A DNA stretch of 64,000 bases. Source: Eledone cirrhosa (Eukaryota). Below are positions 53,805-64,000 of this stretch, one piece after another. The notes beneath the pieces were generated by a model. That model had not been told where the DNA came from and did not search any database. It was given only the letters and a program-made list of their open reading frames with translations. Position 1 is the first letter of the stretch. Every line of letters starts with the position of its first letter. The position numbers and the translations under genes are program-made. The stretch is from positions 271,684,001 through 271,748,000 of the forward strand of contig OZ024741.1 of assembly GCA_964016885.1 (NCBI GenBank). The letters run 5' to 3'.

Positions 53805-56800
53805 GACCATGCTGTAAAATGGAGGGGTAGAGAGGGCCCTTGAGTCTAGTAAGACATCCTCTCTAGTGCTGGTGGCACAAATAAAAGCACCCAGTCCATG
53901 CTGTAAAGTGGCGCTGGTGTTAGGAAGGGCATCCAACCAGTGTATCAATGCCAAAACGCTTATCAGCACAGCAACAAATAGGAACAACAACAAAATATGA
54001 AGACGTCGCATCTCAGAGTTGCAACACTTAATGTTGGCACTCTCAGAGGTAGATCTGCTGAAATAGCGGAGATGCTGGAGAGAAGGCAGGTGGATGTGTG
54101 CTGCGTGCAAGAGGTGAGATGGAGAGGTGCCTCTGCGAGACTAGTCGTAGGCAAACGTCTTAGCTATAAGCTATTCTGGGTAGGTAAGGATGATGGGTTA
54201 GGGGGAGTAGGCATTTTCCTGGCTGAGAAATGGATCAATAAGACAATAGAGGTAGTTCGAGTTAGTAATCGAATAATTAAGCTTAGATTAGTTGTAGGTA
54301 GGAGACTACTGACAATCATCTCGGCCTATGCTCCCCAAGCAGGCCTAGGCAAAGATGAGAAAGACTGCTTTTATGAGCAACTTTTGCAAACAACCGCAAT
54401 GACAGAGGACGGAGACATCGTTATGCTAGCAGGAGACTTCAATGGTCATGTTGGACAGCTCCAGGATGGTTACACTGGGGTACATGGTGGGCACGGTTAC
54501 GGTTCAAGAAATGAAGAAGGAGTGAGACTTCTTGAATTTTGTGATGCAGGTACATTGACTATTTGCAACACAAACTTCCAGAAACCTGCCAATCACCTAA
54601 TAACCTACAAATCTGGTGAGCACATAAGCCAGATTGACTTCCTACTAGTTAGGCAGCCAGACAGGCAGATAGTGTCTAATACCAAGGCATACCCTGGGGA
54701 AGAATGTACCCCCACAGCATAGGTTAGTTGTTAGTGATATCTCAGTAAGCAAGAGATGGAATGAGACATATAGGAAGGTGTGGAGAAGAAAGGTCTGGAA
54801 GCTAAAAGACCTTTCACTAAAATACAAATTTAGGAAAGCCCTTCAAGATGTATATGACGAAAAAGAAGACGATTTAGAGATGTATGACATAGATAATAAC
54901 TGGAATTTCTTACGTGACAACTTGCTGCAGGCTACTGATGAAACTTGTGGCTGGAGCAGAGCTCCAACCAGACAGAGAGTGACCTGGTGGTGGAACAGCA
55001 CAGTAGATAAGGCTAATAGAGACAAAAGACTAGCATGGAAGGCTTGGTAAAAGGGTGGGAGTAGGGAAGAATATACAGCCACTAAGAGAGAAGCTAGACG
55101 TCAGGTGTACTTAGCACGCAGGGAGGCAGAGAGTAGGAGGTTTGCCAATGTTCTGCGACGGGAAGATCAGAGGCGTGCGGTGTTCCACATTGCAAGGCAG
55201 TGTGTCAATGTAAATCAGGATGTTGTTGGAGATAAATGTGTCCAGGATGATGCCGGTGTACTTAGTGTCACGAATGATCAGAAAAAGGAGGCCTGGAAAT
55301 GTCATTATGAGAGACTGATGAATGTGGAGAACAAATGGGAGAGAGAGAAATTACCCTTGGTAGATCCGACAGAGGGACCAGCTATTGAGATTGACGAATA
55401 TAGGGTCCAAGAGGCGATTAGGGAAATGAAAAATGGTAAGGCTGCCGGACCATCGGGAATAGTTGCTGAGATGCTGAAGGCATCAGGGGATGTAGGCACT
55501 AAACTGGTTGCACGCATCATCAATCAGGCTGTATTTGGTGGTGTCATACCCAAAGACTGGTGCAGCAATATTCTCATAAATTGCTACAAAGGTAAAGGGG
55601 ATGCTTTGGAGAGGAGCAATTATAGGGGTATAAAACTGATAGATCAGGTTATGAAAGTGGCAGAAAGGATTTTAGCACAACTAATTAGAGAAAGGGTCAA
55701 ACTAGATGAGATGCAGTTTGGTTTTGTGCCTGGGAAGAGTACAACAGATGCCCTCTTCTTGGTGAGACAATTGCAAGAGAGGTTCTTAGAGAAGAATAAG
55801 CCACTATACTTAGCCTTTATTTACCTAGAGAAGGCCTTTGATAGGGTACTCCGATCTGTCATCTGGTGGTCCCTAAGGAAGCTGGGTGTTGAGGAATGGC
55901 TTGTGAGGACAGTGCAAACTTTGTACAGAGGTACTCTCAGTAAAGTCAGGGTAGGAATGGAGTTTAGTGAGGAATTCCAGATACAAGTAGGAGTACATCA
56001 GGGTTCGGTCCTCAGCCCACTCTTGTTCATTATAGTCCTCCAAGCCATAACAGAGGAGTTTAAGACTGGCTGTCCATGGGAACTTCTCTATGCTGACGAT
56101 CTGGTTCTTATAGCAGAATCAGTAGAGGAGCTAGAGAATAAATTCTGGCTATGGAAACAGCAGTTGGAAGCAAGAGGACTGAGAGTGAATCTAGCTAAGA
56201 CAAAAGTGTTGATGAGTAGAAAAGAGGACAAAACCCTGATTCCGTCAGGGAAATGGCCATGTTTGATATGCAGAAAAGCAACTGGCATAAATTCTATAAA
56301 ATGCACACAATGCAGATCCTGGGTACACAAGAGATGTAGCAGGATAGCAGGCAAACTAACAGGTAGGGAGAAATATGTATGCAGTAGATGTACAGGAAAA
56401 TTAGACAGTAGAAGTCGCATTGATAGACACATTTTTCAGATGCAGGTGGGCGCTATAGAAGTGGTGGAGAGCTTCCGGTACCTAGGAGATCAGATTAGGA
56501 TGGGAGGAGGGTGTTCCGAGGCCATAGTATCTAGAATAAGGACGGGTTGGAAGAAGTTTAGGGAGCTGCTTCCTCTGTTGACGAAGAAGGGTTTCTCCCT
56601 GCGTACGAAAGGCCGGTTGTATGATGCCTGTGTGAGGAGTGCGATGCTGCATGGTAGTGAGACATGGGCAGCAACTGCAGAGGATATGCGACGGCTGGAG
56701 AGAAATGAGGCAAGCATGCTCCGTTGGATGTGCAGTGTAAATGTGCGTGAACGACCCAGCATAAATGTGTTGAAAGAGAAACTGTGTCTGAGAGGGATAG

Positions 56801-57097
56801 AATGTAGTGTACGGGGAGAGGAGACTGAGGTGGTATGGACATGTGATGCGCATGGAGGATGACCGATGGGTGAAGAAGTGCCAGGAATTGCCAGTTGAAG
56901 GAAGACGTGGTAGAAGTAGACCACGAAAAACATGGGCGGAGGTGGTGAGAACAGACCTCAGATCATTGAAGCTCACGGTGGAGATGACGAGGGACCGTGA
57001 CGAGTGGAGAGATGCTGTGCTGAATAAGACCCGTCCCACCCTTGCAAGCAGGGAAAAGTGGACGTAAAATGAAGATGATGATGATGAATGATGATGA
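53805..57097 (+). mobile_element. Near-full-length RTE-clade LINE (APE endonuclease, RT, PHD-like finger), inactivated
   Basis: APE motifs TLNVGTL, VQEVRW, AGDFNGHVG, SQIDF; RT motifs QFGFVPG, HQGSVLSP, LLYADDL. Frameshifts near 54715 and 56820 and a stop at 55048-55050; (GAT)n tail; TA-rich flanks. Confidence 0.96.
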
Positions 57098-57252
57098 TAT
57101 ATATATATTGTATAAAGCTATGCTTGAAGCGAAATCCTATTTCTTTTTTATTATAACTTGAGCCAACTTATGCAGCTTCATATGCAAATGAGATTAATCA
57201 CCTCATTTACACAGACGAGAAAAGTATATATTCTCGCCTGTCTTCTAGTCAA

Positions 57253-57340
57253 ATGATGGCGATGATGATGATGATGATGATGATAATGATGATGACAATG
57301 ATGATGATGATGATGATGATGACAATGATGATAATGATGA

Positions 57341-57373
<33 letters not shown>

Positions 57374-57535
57374 TGATGATGATGACGATGATGATGATGA
57401 CGATGATGATGGTGATGATGATGATGACAATGATGATAATGATGATGACGACGACGACGACGGCGACGATGATGATGATGACGATGATGATGATGACGAT
57501 GATGATGGTGATGGTGGCGATGATGATGGTGATAG
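57253..57535. repeat. (GAT)n/(GAC)n microsatellite
   Basis: Direct reading. Confidence 0.92.
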
Positions 57536-57814
57536 TCAGGTACAATATTGTAGGTGTCAAATGAAATATCTTAAGCCATTTATTTCTGCTCCATACATTC
57601 TGTTCAAATCCCATGGACTCCAACTTTACCTTTCATCATTCCGAGGTTGATAAATTAAGTACCTGTCTAAATGTGGGTGTGGGGAGGGGAAAATTTGGCA
57701 AAGAATCCAAAGGCATATAAAGAACTGGGTTTTTTTTTGTCTGTCTTACCACTTCCTAGACACACAAAGTGGTTGCTACATGTTAATGTATTTTATTATA
57801 AGGATAAATATATA

Positions 57815-57815
<1 letters not shown>

Positions 57816-57850
<35 letters not shown>

Positions 57851-58400
57851 TTAACGTCCATCTTCCACGCTAGCATGGGTCTGGACGAGAATTGTCCCAC
57901 TTGAGGCAAGATTGGTTGTCTTGCTCCTACAGGACTGTCTGGCGGGTTTTTTATGACTGGATGCCCTTCCTAACACCAACCACGTTTACAGTGTGGACTG
58001 GGAGGTTTTTACCGTGTTACCTACACGACCACATTACGGTGTGCACTGTATTTGTTTTTTTGTCGTGACACCTACACAACCTCATTTATTTAGGACTGGA
58101 TGTTGTGGTACCAATATATATATATATATATGTGTGTGTGTGAGTGTGTGTATGTATATATAAATATATATATATCATCATCATCACCGTTTTATGTCCA
58201 TTCTTCCACGCTAGCATGGGTTAGATGGGTTGTCCTGTTGTGAGCAATGCCAGGTCGGGTGACCTTGACTTGCTCATACGGGAACTGAATTTGGCTTGAT
58301 TTCTACAGCTGGATGCCCTTCCTAACACCAACCTCATCTACAATGAGTGCTGGGTGCTTTTTTGTCGTGACACCTCCACGACCACTTTGCAGTGGGAGGG
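57816..58400 (-). mobile_element. Two RTE-derived short elements (57816-58113 and 58175-58400)
   Basis: Each reads (cat)n, tcttccacgctagcatggg and ggatgcccttcctaacaccaacc on the + strand. Confidence 0.72.
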
Positions 58401-58534
58401 GTGGGGCATATTGTCTATATGCTTCAGCTTCGGCTTGTACCCGTGGGAAGTCGCGTCTTCTGTATTACTGTGTGACGCTAGAGGTTATGGTCCTCTGTCA
58501 TCGCCTTTGAGAAGTCCAATATATTTATATAGAC

Positions 58535-58637
<103 letters not shown>

Positions 58638-58690
58638 TGAAAAAAGATGAAATTTCCTTTACTTTACATGTATTTAGTTTTTGTGTATTG

Positions 58691-58782
58691 ACCTGTTACG
58701 AGTGTTTCGCAGAGGATTGGCTGAAGGTCACCCATAGCAGTTATGGACCCGACTCCGTTATCGATCTGCTCTTCAGACTGGT
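58691..58782 (-). ncRNA. Type I hammerhead ribozyme motif with long stem II
   Basis: Minus strand ACCAGU-CUGAAGA-GCAGA-(51 nt)-UCUGC-GAAAC-ACUC-GUA-ACAGGU: complete core, 5-bp stem II base, stem I 5/6 paired. Confidence 0.7.
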
Positions 58783-58817
58783 GATTCAACAAAAAATACA
58801 ATATATTATTGTTTCAG

Positions 58818-58913
58818 ATAATTTGTTGACTCTCTTCGCCCCAAATGATGCAGCTTTTGAGAAAGCAGGACAATCCCTCACCGCTCTTCAAAATGACACA
58901 AAAGTGAAGGAAG
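58818..58913 (+). CDS. FAS1 protein coding exon 4
   Basis: Acceptor gtttcag|AT; LTLFAPNDAAF (H1 motif); donor G|GTAAGT in phase 1. Confidence 0.93.
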
Positions 58914-58934
58914 GTAAGTAGAGCTCTAAATACT

Positions 58935-59176
58935 GCCTACATACCAACCCACTTACCTACCCATGTACATACCTACATACCAACCCACTTACCTACCCAT
59001 GTACATACCTACTTACCTGCCTATCTACCAGCTTACCTACCTATCTACATACCTACCAACCCACCTGCCTACCCACCTACCTAACAACCAGCTTACCTAC
59101 CTACATACATACCTACCTACCTTCCTATCTACATATCTACTAACTCACCTGCCTACCTATCTACCTATCTACCAGC

Positions 59177-59207
<31 letters not shown>

Positions 59208-59570
59208 CATACCTACCTACCTACCTACCTACCAACCCACCTGCCTACCTACTTGCCTCTCTATCAGCCTCACAACCCACCTACCTACCTCACTATCCAC
59301 CTACCTCTCTACCTACCTACCAGCCTACCAACTTACCTTTCTACCAGTTTACCTACCTACCTACCTATCAACCTACCTACCTACCTATCTACCTATCTAC
59401 CTATCTACCTACCTAACTGCATTCCTGCCTGTCTTTATATATATATATATATCAATCTATATAAATAATCTAGCTATCTACATCACTGTCTATCTATTTA
59501 ATTCTTTCTTTATATATCTATCTCTCAATCTATCTATCTATCTATTCAATCAGCCATCTATCTATCTATC
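58935..59570. repeat. (ACCT)n grading into (ATCT)n microsatellite
   Basis: Direct reading. Confidence 0.9.
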
Positions 59571-60430
59571 AGGCATCGAGGGAAACTCTAGGCATCGAGG
59601 AGATCGAACTGACCAGTCTGTTCGGGAGGACTTTCCGTTCAAGGCCTACGGATAACTTCCAGAGGTCTCTCGCCTGGCAGTGCTACCGAGGCGCTATACC
59701 AGTTCGAGACAAAATCTACAGGCATGGACGCCCTGGCAGAGATCCTGCCAAAAGGACCTATCAAAGATGCGAGCAGGACATCGAAACCATTCTGCACGCA
59801 ATTGTTCTGTGCCCAGGGGTGACCGACCTGTGGAATTATGTCGAACAGCTACTGTCACGTGTGGGACGCATCCAGTTGTCAGCCGAGTCCATTGTGAGGA
59901 TCACCCTGCCGCCTTCATTTAAGAACGAAGGAGAGGCGGTTTTCCTCTTACTGGTGGCTATGGCGAAAGAGGTAATATGGTGGATGAGTTTAAAAGGACT
60001 GAGGGCAAACACCTTTCTCTCCGGACAACAACTTATCCCCTTCTTTAAGTACCACTTCAGACAGAAGGTGAGAGTGGAGAGAGGGGTGCTACACCCCAGT
60101 AAATTCTCTGAAAGGTGGGTGAATGTGGCGAAAATGGCCCGAGTGAATGGGCCTTCTCTGTATATAAACCTGTAGGTTGAGGAAGATAAACAGAGGGAAG
60201 ACAGGAACACCTACAAAACGTGTTCCTGGTGTTGAGGGTTGTTCTATCCACGGGGTGTAAAACAACCCTGTAGTAACGTTCCCTATTGGGGATTTCAATT
60301 GTTATTTTATTATATATAGTTTGTTGTTATTTATTAATGTTAAAGTTATATGATTTTTTATGTAAAACCCCCGCCTTCACGTCTTGTAATGTCCCATTTT
60401 TGTACGTCCCTGTGGCAAATAAAGAAAGAT
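59571..60430 (+). mobile_element. 5'-truncated L1/Tx1-like LINE 3' fragment
   Basis: Across frameshifts: SLAWQCYRGA..PVRDKIYRHG, RCEQDIETILHAIVLCPGVTDLW (zf-RVT-type CCHC finger); tail AATAAAGAAA followed by (TATC)n. Confidence 0.7.
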
Positions 60431-60456
60431 ATCTATCTATCTATCTATCTATTTAT

Positions 60457-60553
60457 CATAATTTTACTGTTTTTACACAATTGTATGTAAAATCCCCGCC
60501 AAATGTCGTTGTATTGTCCCATTTCTTGTGCGCCCTTGTGACAAATAAAGAAA
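60457..60553 (+). mobile_element. Second, diverged L1/Tx1-like 3' tail
   Basis: tgtaaaatccccgcc...tgtcccatttcttgtgcgcccttgtgacaaataaagaaa resembles 60361-60428. Confidence 0.65.
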
Positions 60554-60604
60554 TATATCTATCTATCTATATGTCTATATATCTATCTATCTATCTATCT
60601 GTAG

Positions 60605-60724
60605 CTGTGTTAAAATACCACATAGTTCATGGAATATTGTGGACTCCAGGCATGCGCAATAGTCAACTGATAACTCTTTCAGATGACCTTACAGAGAGAC
60701 TAACTATACATCGGAATTCATGGA
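60605..60724 (+). CDS. FAS1 protein coding exon 5; gene continues beyond the window
   Basis: Acceptor ctgtag|CT; AVLKYHIVHG; donor A|GTGAGT in phase 1. The H2 motif of the second domain is not found in the window. Confidence 0.88.
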
Positions 60725-61083
60725 GTGAGTAACTTCAAAGTAATATTTAACTTCAGTCTGTGTAAGTGTATGTGTGTATGTGAGTATGTGTGTATGTGTG
60801 TGTGTATGTGTGTGTGTATGTGTGTGTGTATGTGTGAGTGTATGTGGATCTGTGTGTGTATGTGTGTGAGTGTATGTGGATGTGTGTGTGTGTGAGTGTA
60901 TGTGGATGTGTGTGTGTATATGTGGATGTGTGTGTGTGTGTAGGCGTGGATGTGTGTGTGGATGTGTGTGTATATGTGTATGTGTGTATGTGTGTGTCAA
61001 TATATATAAGTATATAGCATAATTTCATCATTGTTTGTACGTACGTTTTTCCATGCTAGCATAAGTTGGACAGGTCCTTCTAA

Positions 61084-63665
61084 GTAGCTTGGCAAGGGAG
61101 GGGATGAGAGGAACCACATGTAGCTTGGCAAGGGAGGGGGTGAGAGGAACCACATGTAGCTTGGCAAGGGAGGGGATGAGAGGAACCACATGTAGCTTGG
61201 CAAGGGAGGGGGTGAGAGGAACCACATGTAGCTTGGCAAGGGAGGGGATGAGAGGAACCACATGTAGCTTGGCAAGGGAGGGGATGAGAGGAACCACATG
61301 TAGCTTGGCAAGGGAGGGGGTGAGAGGAACCACATGTAGCTTGGCAAGGGAGGGGATGAGAGGAACCACATGTAGCTTGGCAAGGGAGGGGATGAGAGGA
61401 ACCACATGTAGCTTGGCAAGGGAGGGGATGAGAGGAACCACATGTAGCTTGGCAAGGGAGGGGATGAGAGGAACCACATGTAGCTTGGCAAGGGAGGGGG
61501 TGAGAGGAACCACATGTAGCTTGGCAAGGGAGGGGATGAGAGGAACCACATGTAGCTTGGCAAGGGAGGGGGTGAGAGGAACCACATGTAGCTTGGCAAG
61601 GGAGGGGATGAGAGGAACCAAATGTAGCTTGGCAAGGGAGGGGATGAGAGGAACCACATGTAGCTTGGCAAGGGAGGGGATGAGAGGAACCACATGTAGC
61701 TTGGCAAGGGAGGGGATGAGAGGAACCACATGTAGCTTGGCAAGGGAGGGGATGAGAGGAACCACATGTAGCTTGGCAAGGGAGGGGATGAGAGGAACCA
61801 CGTGTAGCTTGGCAAGGGAGGGGATGAGAGGAACCACATGTAGCTTGGCAAGGGAGGGGATGAGAGGAACCACATGTAGCTTGGCAAGGGAGGGGATGAG
61901 AGGAATCACATGTAGCTTGGCAAGGGAGGGGATGAGAGGAACCACATGTAGCTTGGCAAGGGAGGGGATGAGAGGAACCACATGTAGCTTGGCAAGGGAG
62001 GGGATGAGAGGAACCACGTGTAGCTTGGCAAGGGAGGGGATGAGAGGAACCACATGTAGCTTGGCAAGGGAGGGGATGAGAGGAACCACATGTAGCTTGG
62101 CAAGGGAGGGGATGAGAGGAACTACATGTAGCTTGGCAAGGGAGGGGATGAGAGGAACCACGTGTAGCTTGGCAAGGGAGGGGATGAGAGGAACCACATG
62201 TAGCTTGGCAAGGGAGGGGATGAGAGGAACCACATGTAGCTTGGCAAGGGAGGGGATGAGAGGAACTACATGTAGCTTGGCAAGGGAGAGGATGAGAGGA
62301 ACCACATGTAGCATGGCAAGGGAGGGGATGAGAGGAACCACATGTAGCTTGGCAAGGGAGGGGATGAGAGGAATCACATGTAGCTTGGCAAGGGAGGGGA
62401 TGAGAGGAACCACATGTAGCTTGGCAAGGGAGGGGATGAGAGGAACCACGTGTAGCTTGGCAAGGGAGGGGATGAGAGGAACCACATGTAACTTGGCAAG
62501 GGAGGGGATGAGAGGAACCACATGTAGCTTGGCAAGGGAGGGGATGAGAGGAATCACATGTAGCTTGGCAAGGGAGGGGATGAGAGGAACCACGTGTAGC
62601 TTGACAAGGGAGGGGATGAGAGGAATCACATGTAGCTTGGCAAGGGAGGGGATGAGAGGAACCACATGTAACTTGGCAAGGGAGGGGATGAGAGGAACCA
62701 CATGTAGCTTGGCAAGGGAGGGGATGAGAGGAATCACATGTAGCTTGGCAAGGGAGGGGATGAGAGGAACCACGTGTAGCTTGGCAAGGGAGGGGATGAG
62801 AGGAATCACATGTAGCTTGGCAAGGGAGGGGATGAGAGGAACCACGTGTAGCTTGGCAAGGGAGGGGATGAGAGGAATCACATGTAGCTTGGCAAGGGAG
62901 GGGATGAGAGGAACCACGTGTAGCTTGGCAAGGGAGGGGATGAGAGGAACCACATGTAACTTGGCAAGGGAGGGGATGAGAGGAATCACATGTAGCTTGG
63001 CAAGGGAGGGGATGAGAGGAATCACATGTAGCTTGGCAAGGGAGGGGATGAGAGGAACCACGTGTAGCTTGGCAAGGGAGGGGATGAGAGGAACCACATG
63101 TAACTTGGCAAGGGAGGGGATGAGAGGAACCACATGTAGCTTGGCAAGGGAGGGGATGAGAGGAACCACGTGTAGCTTGGCAAGGGAGGGGATGAGAGGA
63201 ACCACATGTAACTTGGCAAGGGAGGGGATGAGAGGAATCACATGTAGCTTGGCAAGGGAGGGGATGAGAGGAATCACATGTAGCTTGGCAAGGGAGGGGA
63301 TGAGAGGAACCACGTGTAGCTTGGCAAGGGAGGGGATGAGAGGAACCACATGTAACTTGGCAAGGGAGGGGATGAGAGGAACCACATGTAGCTTGGCAAG
63401 GGAGGGGATGAGAGGAACCACATGTAGCTTGGCAAGGGAGGGGATGAGAGGAACCACGTGTAGCTTGGCAAGGGAGGTGATGAGAGGAACCACATGTAGC
63501 TTGGCAAGGGAGGGGATGAGAGGAATTACATGTAGCTTGGCAAGGGAGGGGATGAGAGGAATCACATGTAGCTTGGCAAGGGAGGTGATGAGAGGAACCA
63601 CGTGTAGCTTGCTGATGGAGCAGTTGAAAGGGACCACATGTAGTTTGGCAAGGTGGCCTTACATG
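61084..63665. repeat. 36-bp G-rich minisatellite, ~71 copies (intron 5)
   Basis: Unit gtagcttggcaagggaggggatgagaggaaccacat. Confidence 0.98.
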
Positions 63666-64000
63666 TGACGTCTGGTGGTACAGAGAGGAGTACCCCAGGG
63701 TTTCCATGTTGATATGACGAGTCAGGGAGGAGAGGAATATTAATGTGGTGGTGAGGGAGGGGAGACTGGGAGGTTAGATAGTCACATGGGGTGATATTGG
63801 CAGAGTGCAGCCTCACATTCACACCTTTACTCACACTCTCTTTTTACTTTATTTTTCATTATCACCACAAATGCCTCCACCACCACCATCATGAATGACA
63901 AATGGTATCCACCACTGCTACCGCTACCATCATGAACGATAAATGGTATCCAACACCACCAACACCACCACTGCCACCACCAACTCTGCCACAACCACCA

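Noticed and set aside
53997-57067. Active or domesticated RT gene
   Set aside because: Two frameshifts, a stop codon and loss of the first RT aspartate (FIYLEKAFD) indicate a dead copy, unless these are sequencing errors.
57165-57245. Octamer ATGCAAAT and two small hairpins after the RTE tail
   Set aside because: No ribozyme core or snRNA gene is recognisable; a single motif and short AT-rich stems can arise by chance.
61028-63707. Three 859-875 aa repetitive ORFs
   Set aside because: A 36-bp unit is a multiple of 3 and is stop-free in several frames on both strands; it lies in an intron with no gene signals.

Overview
Eukaryotic, repeat-rich animal DNA; the RTE/SINE repertoire and microsatellite density suggest a cephalopod such as Octopus (inference). 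Bases 1-10.2 kb are a 187-bp satellite with a 4,843-bp higher-order repeat, lying inside a minus-strand non-autonomous Helitron that is joined head-to-tail to a second Helitron (10218-11488). Bases 13.1-37.3 kb are about 590 copies of a 41-bp satellite. Bases 38-45 kb hold decayed retroelements: an R4/Dong-like LINE, an RTE fragment, SINEs and an internally deleted Gypsy element. From 46068 the + strand carries one host gene: five coding exons of a secreted fasciclin (FAS1, TGFBI/periostin-like) protein that continues past the window. Its introns contain a DD37D/maT transposon, a Chapaev3-like transposon, a near-full-length RTE LINE, Tx1-like tails, minisatellites and two antisense hammerhead-ribozyme motifs. 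Most listed ORFs are repeat artefacts. I see no convincing new multi-gene system; the best leads are the ribozyme motifs, the Helitron-borne satellite and the structure of the 41-bp array.
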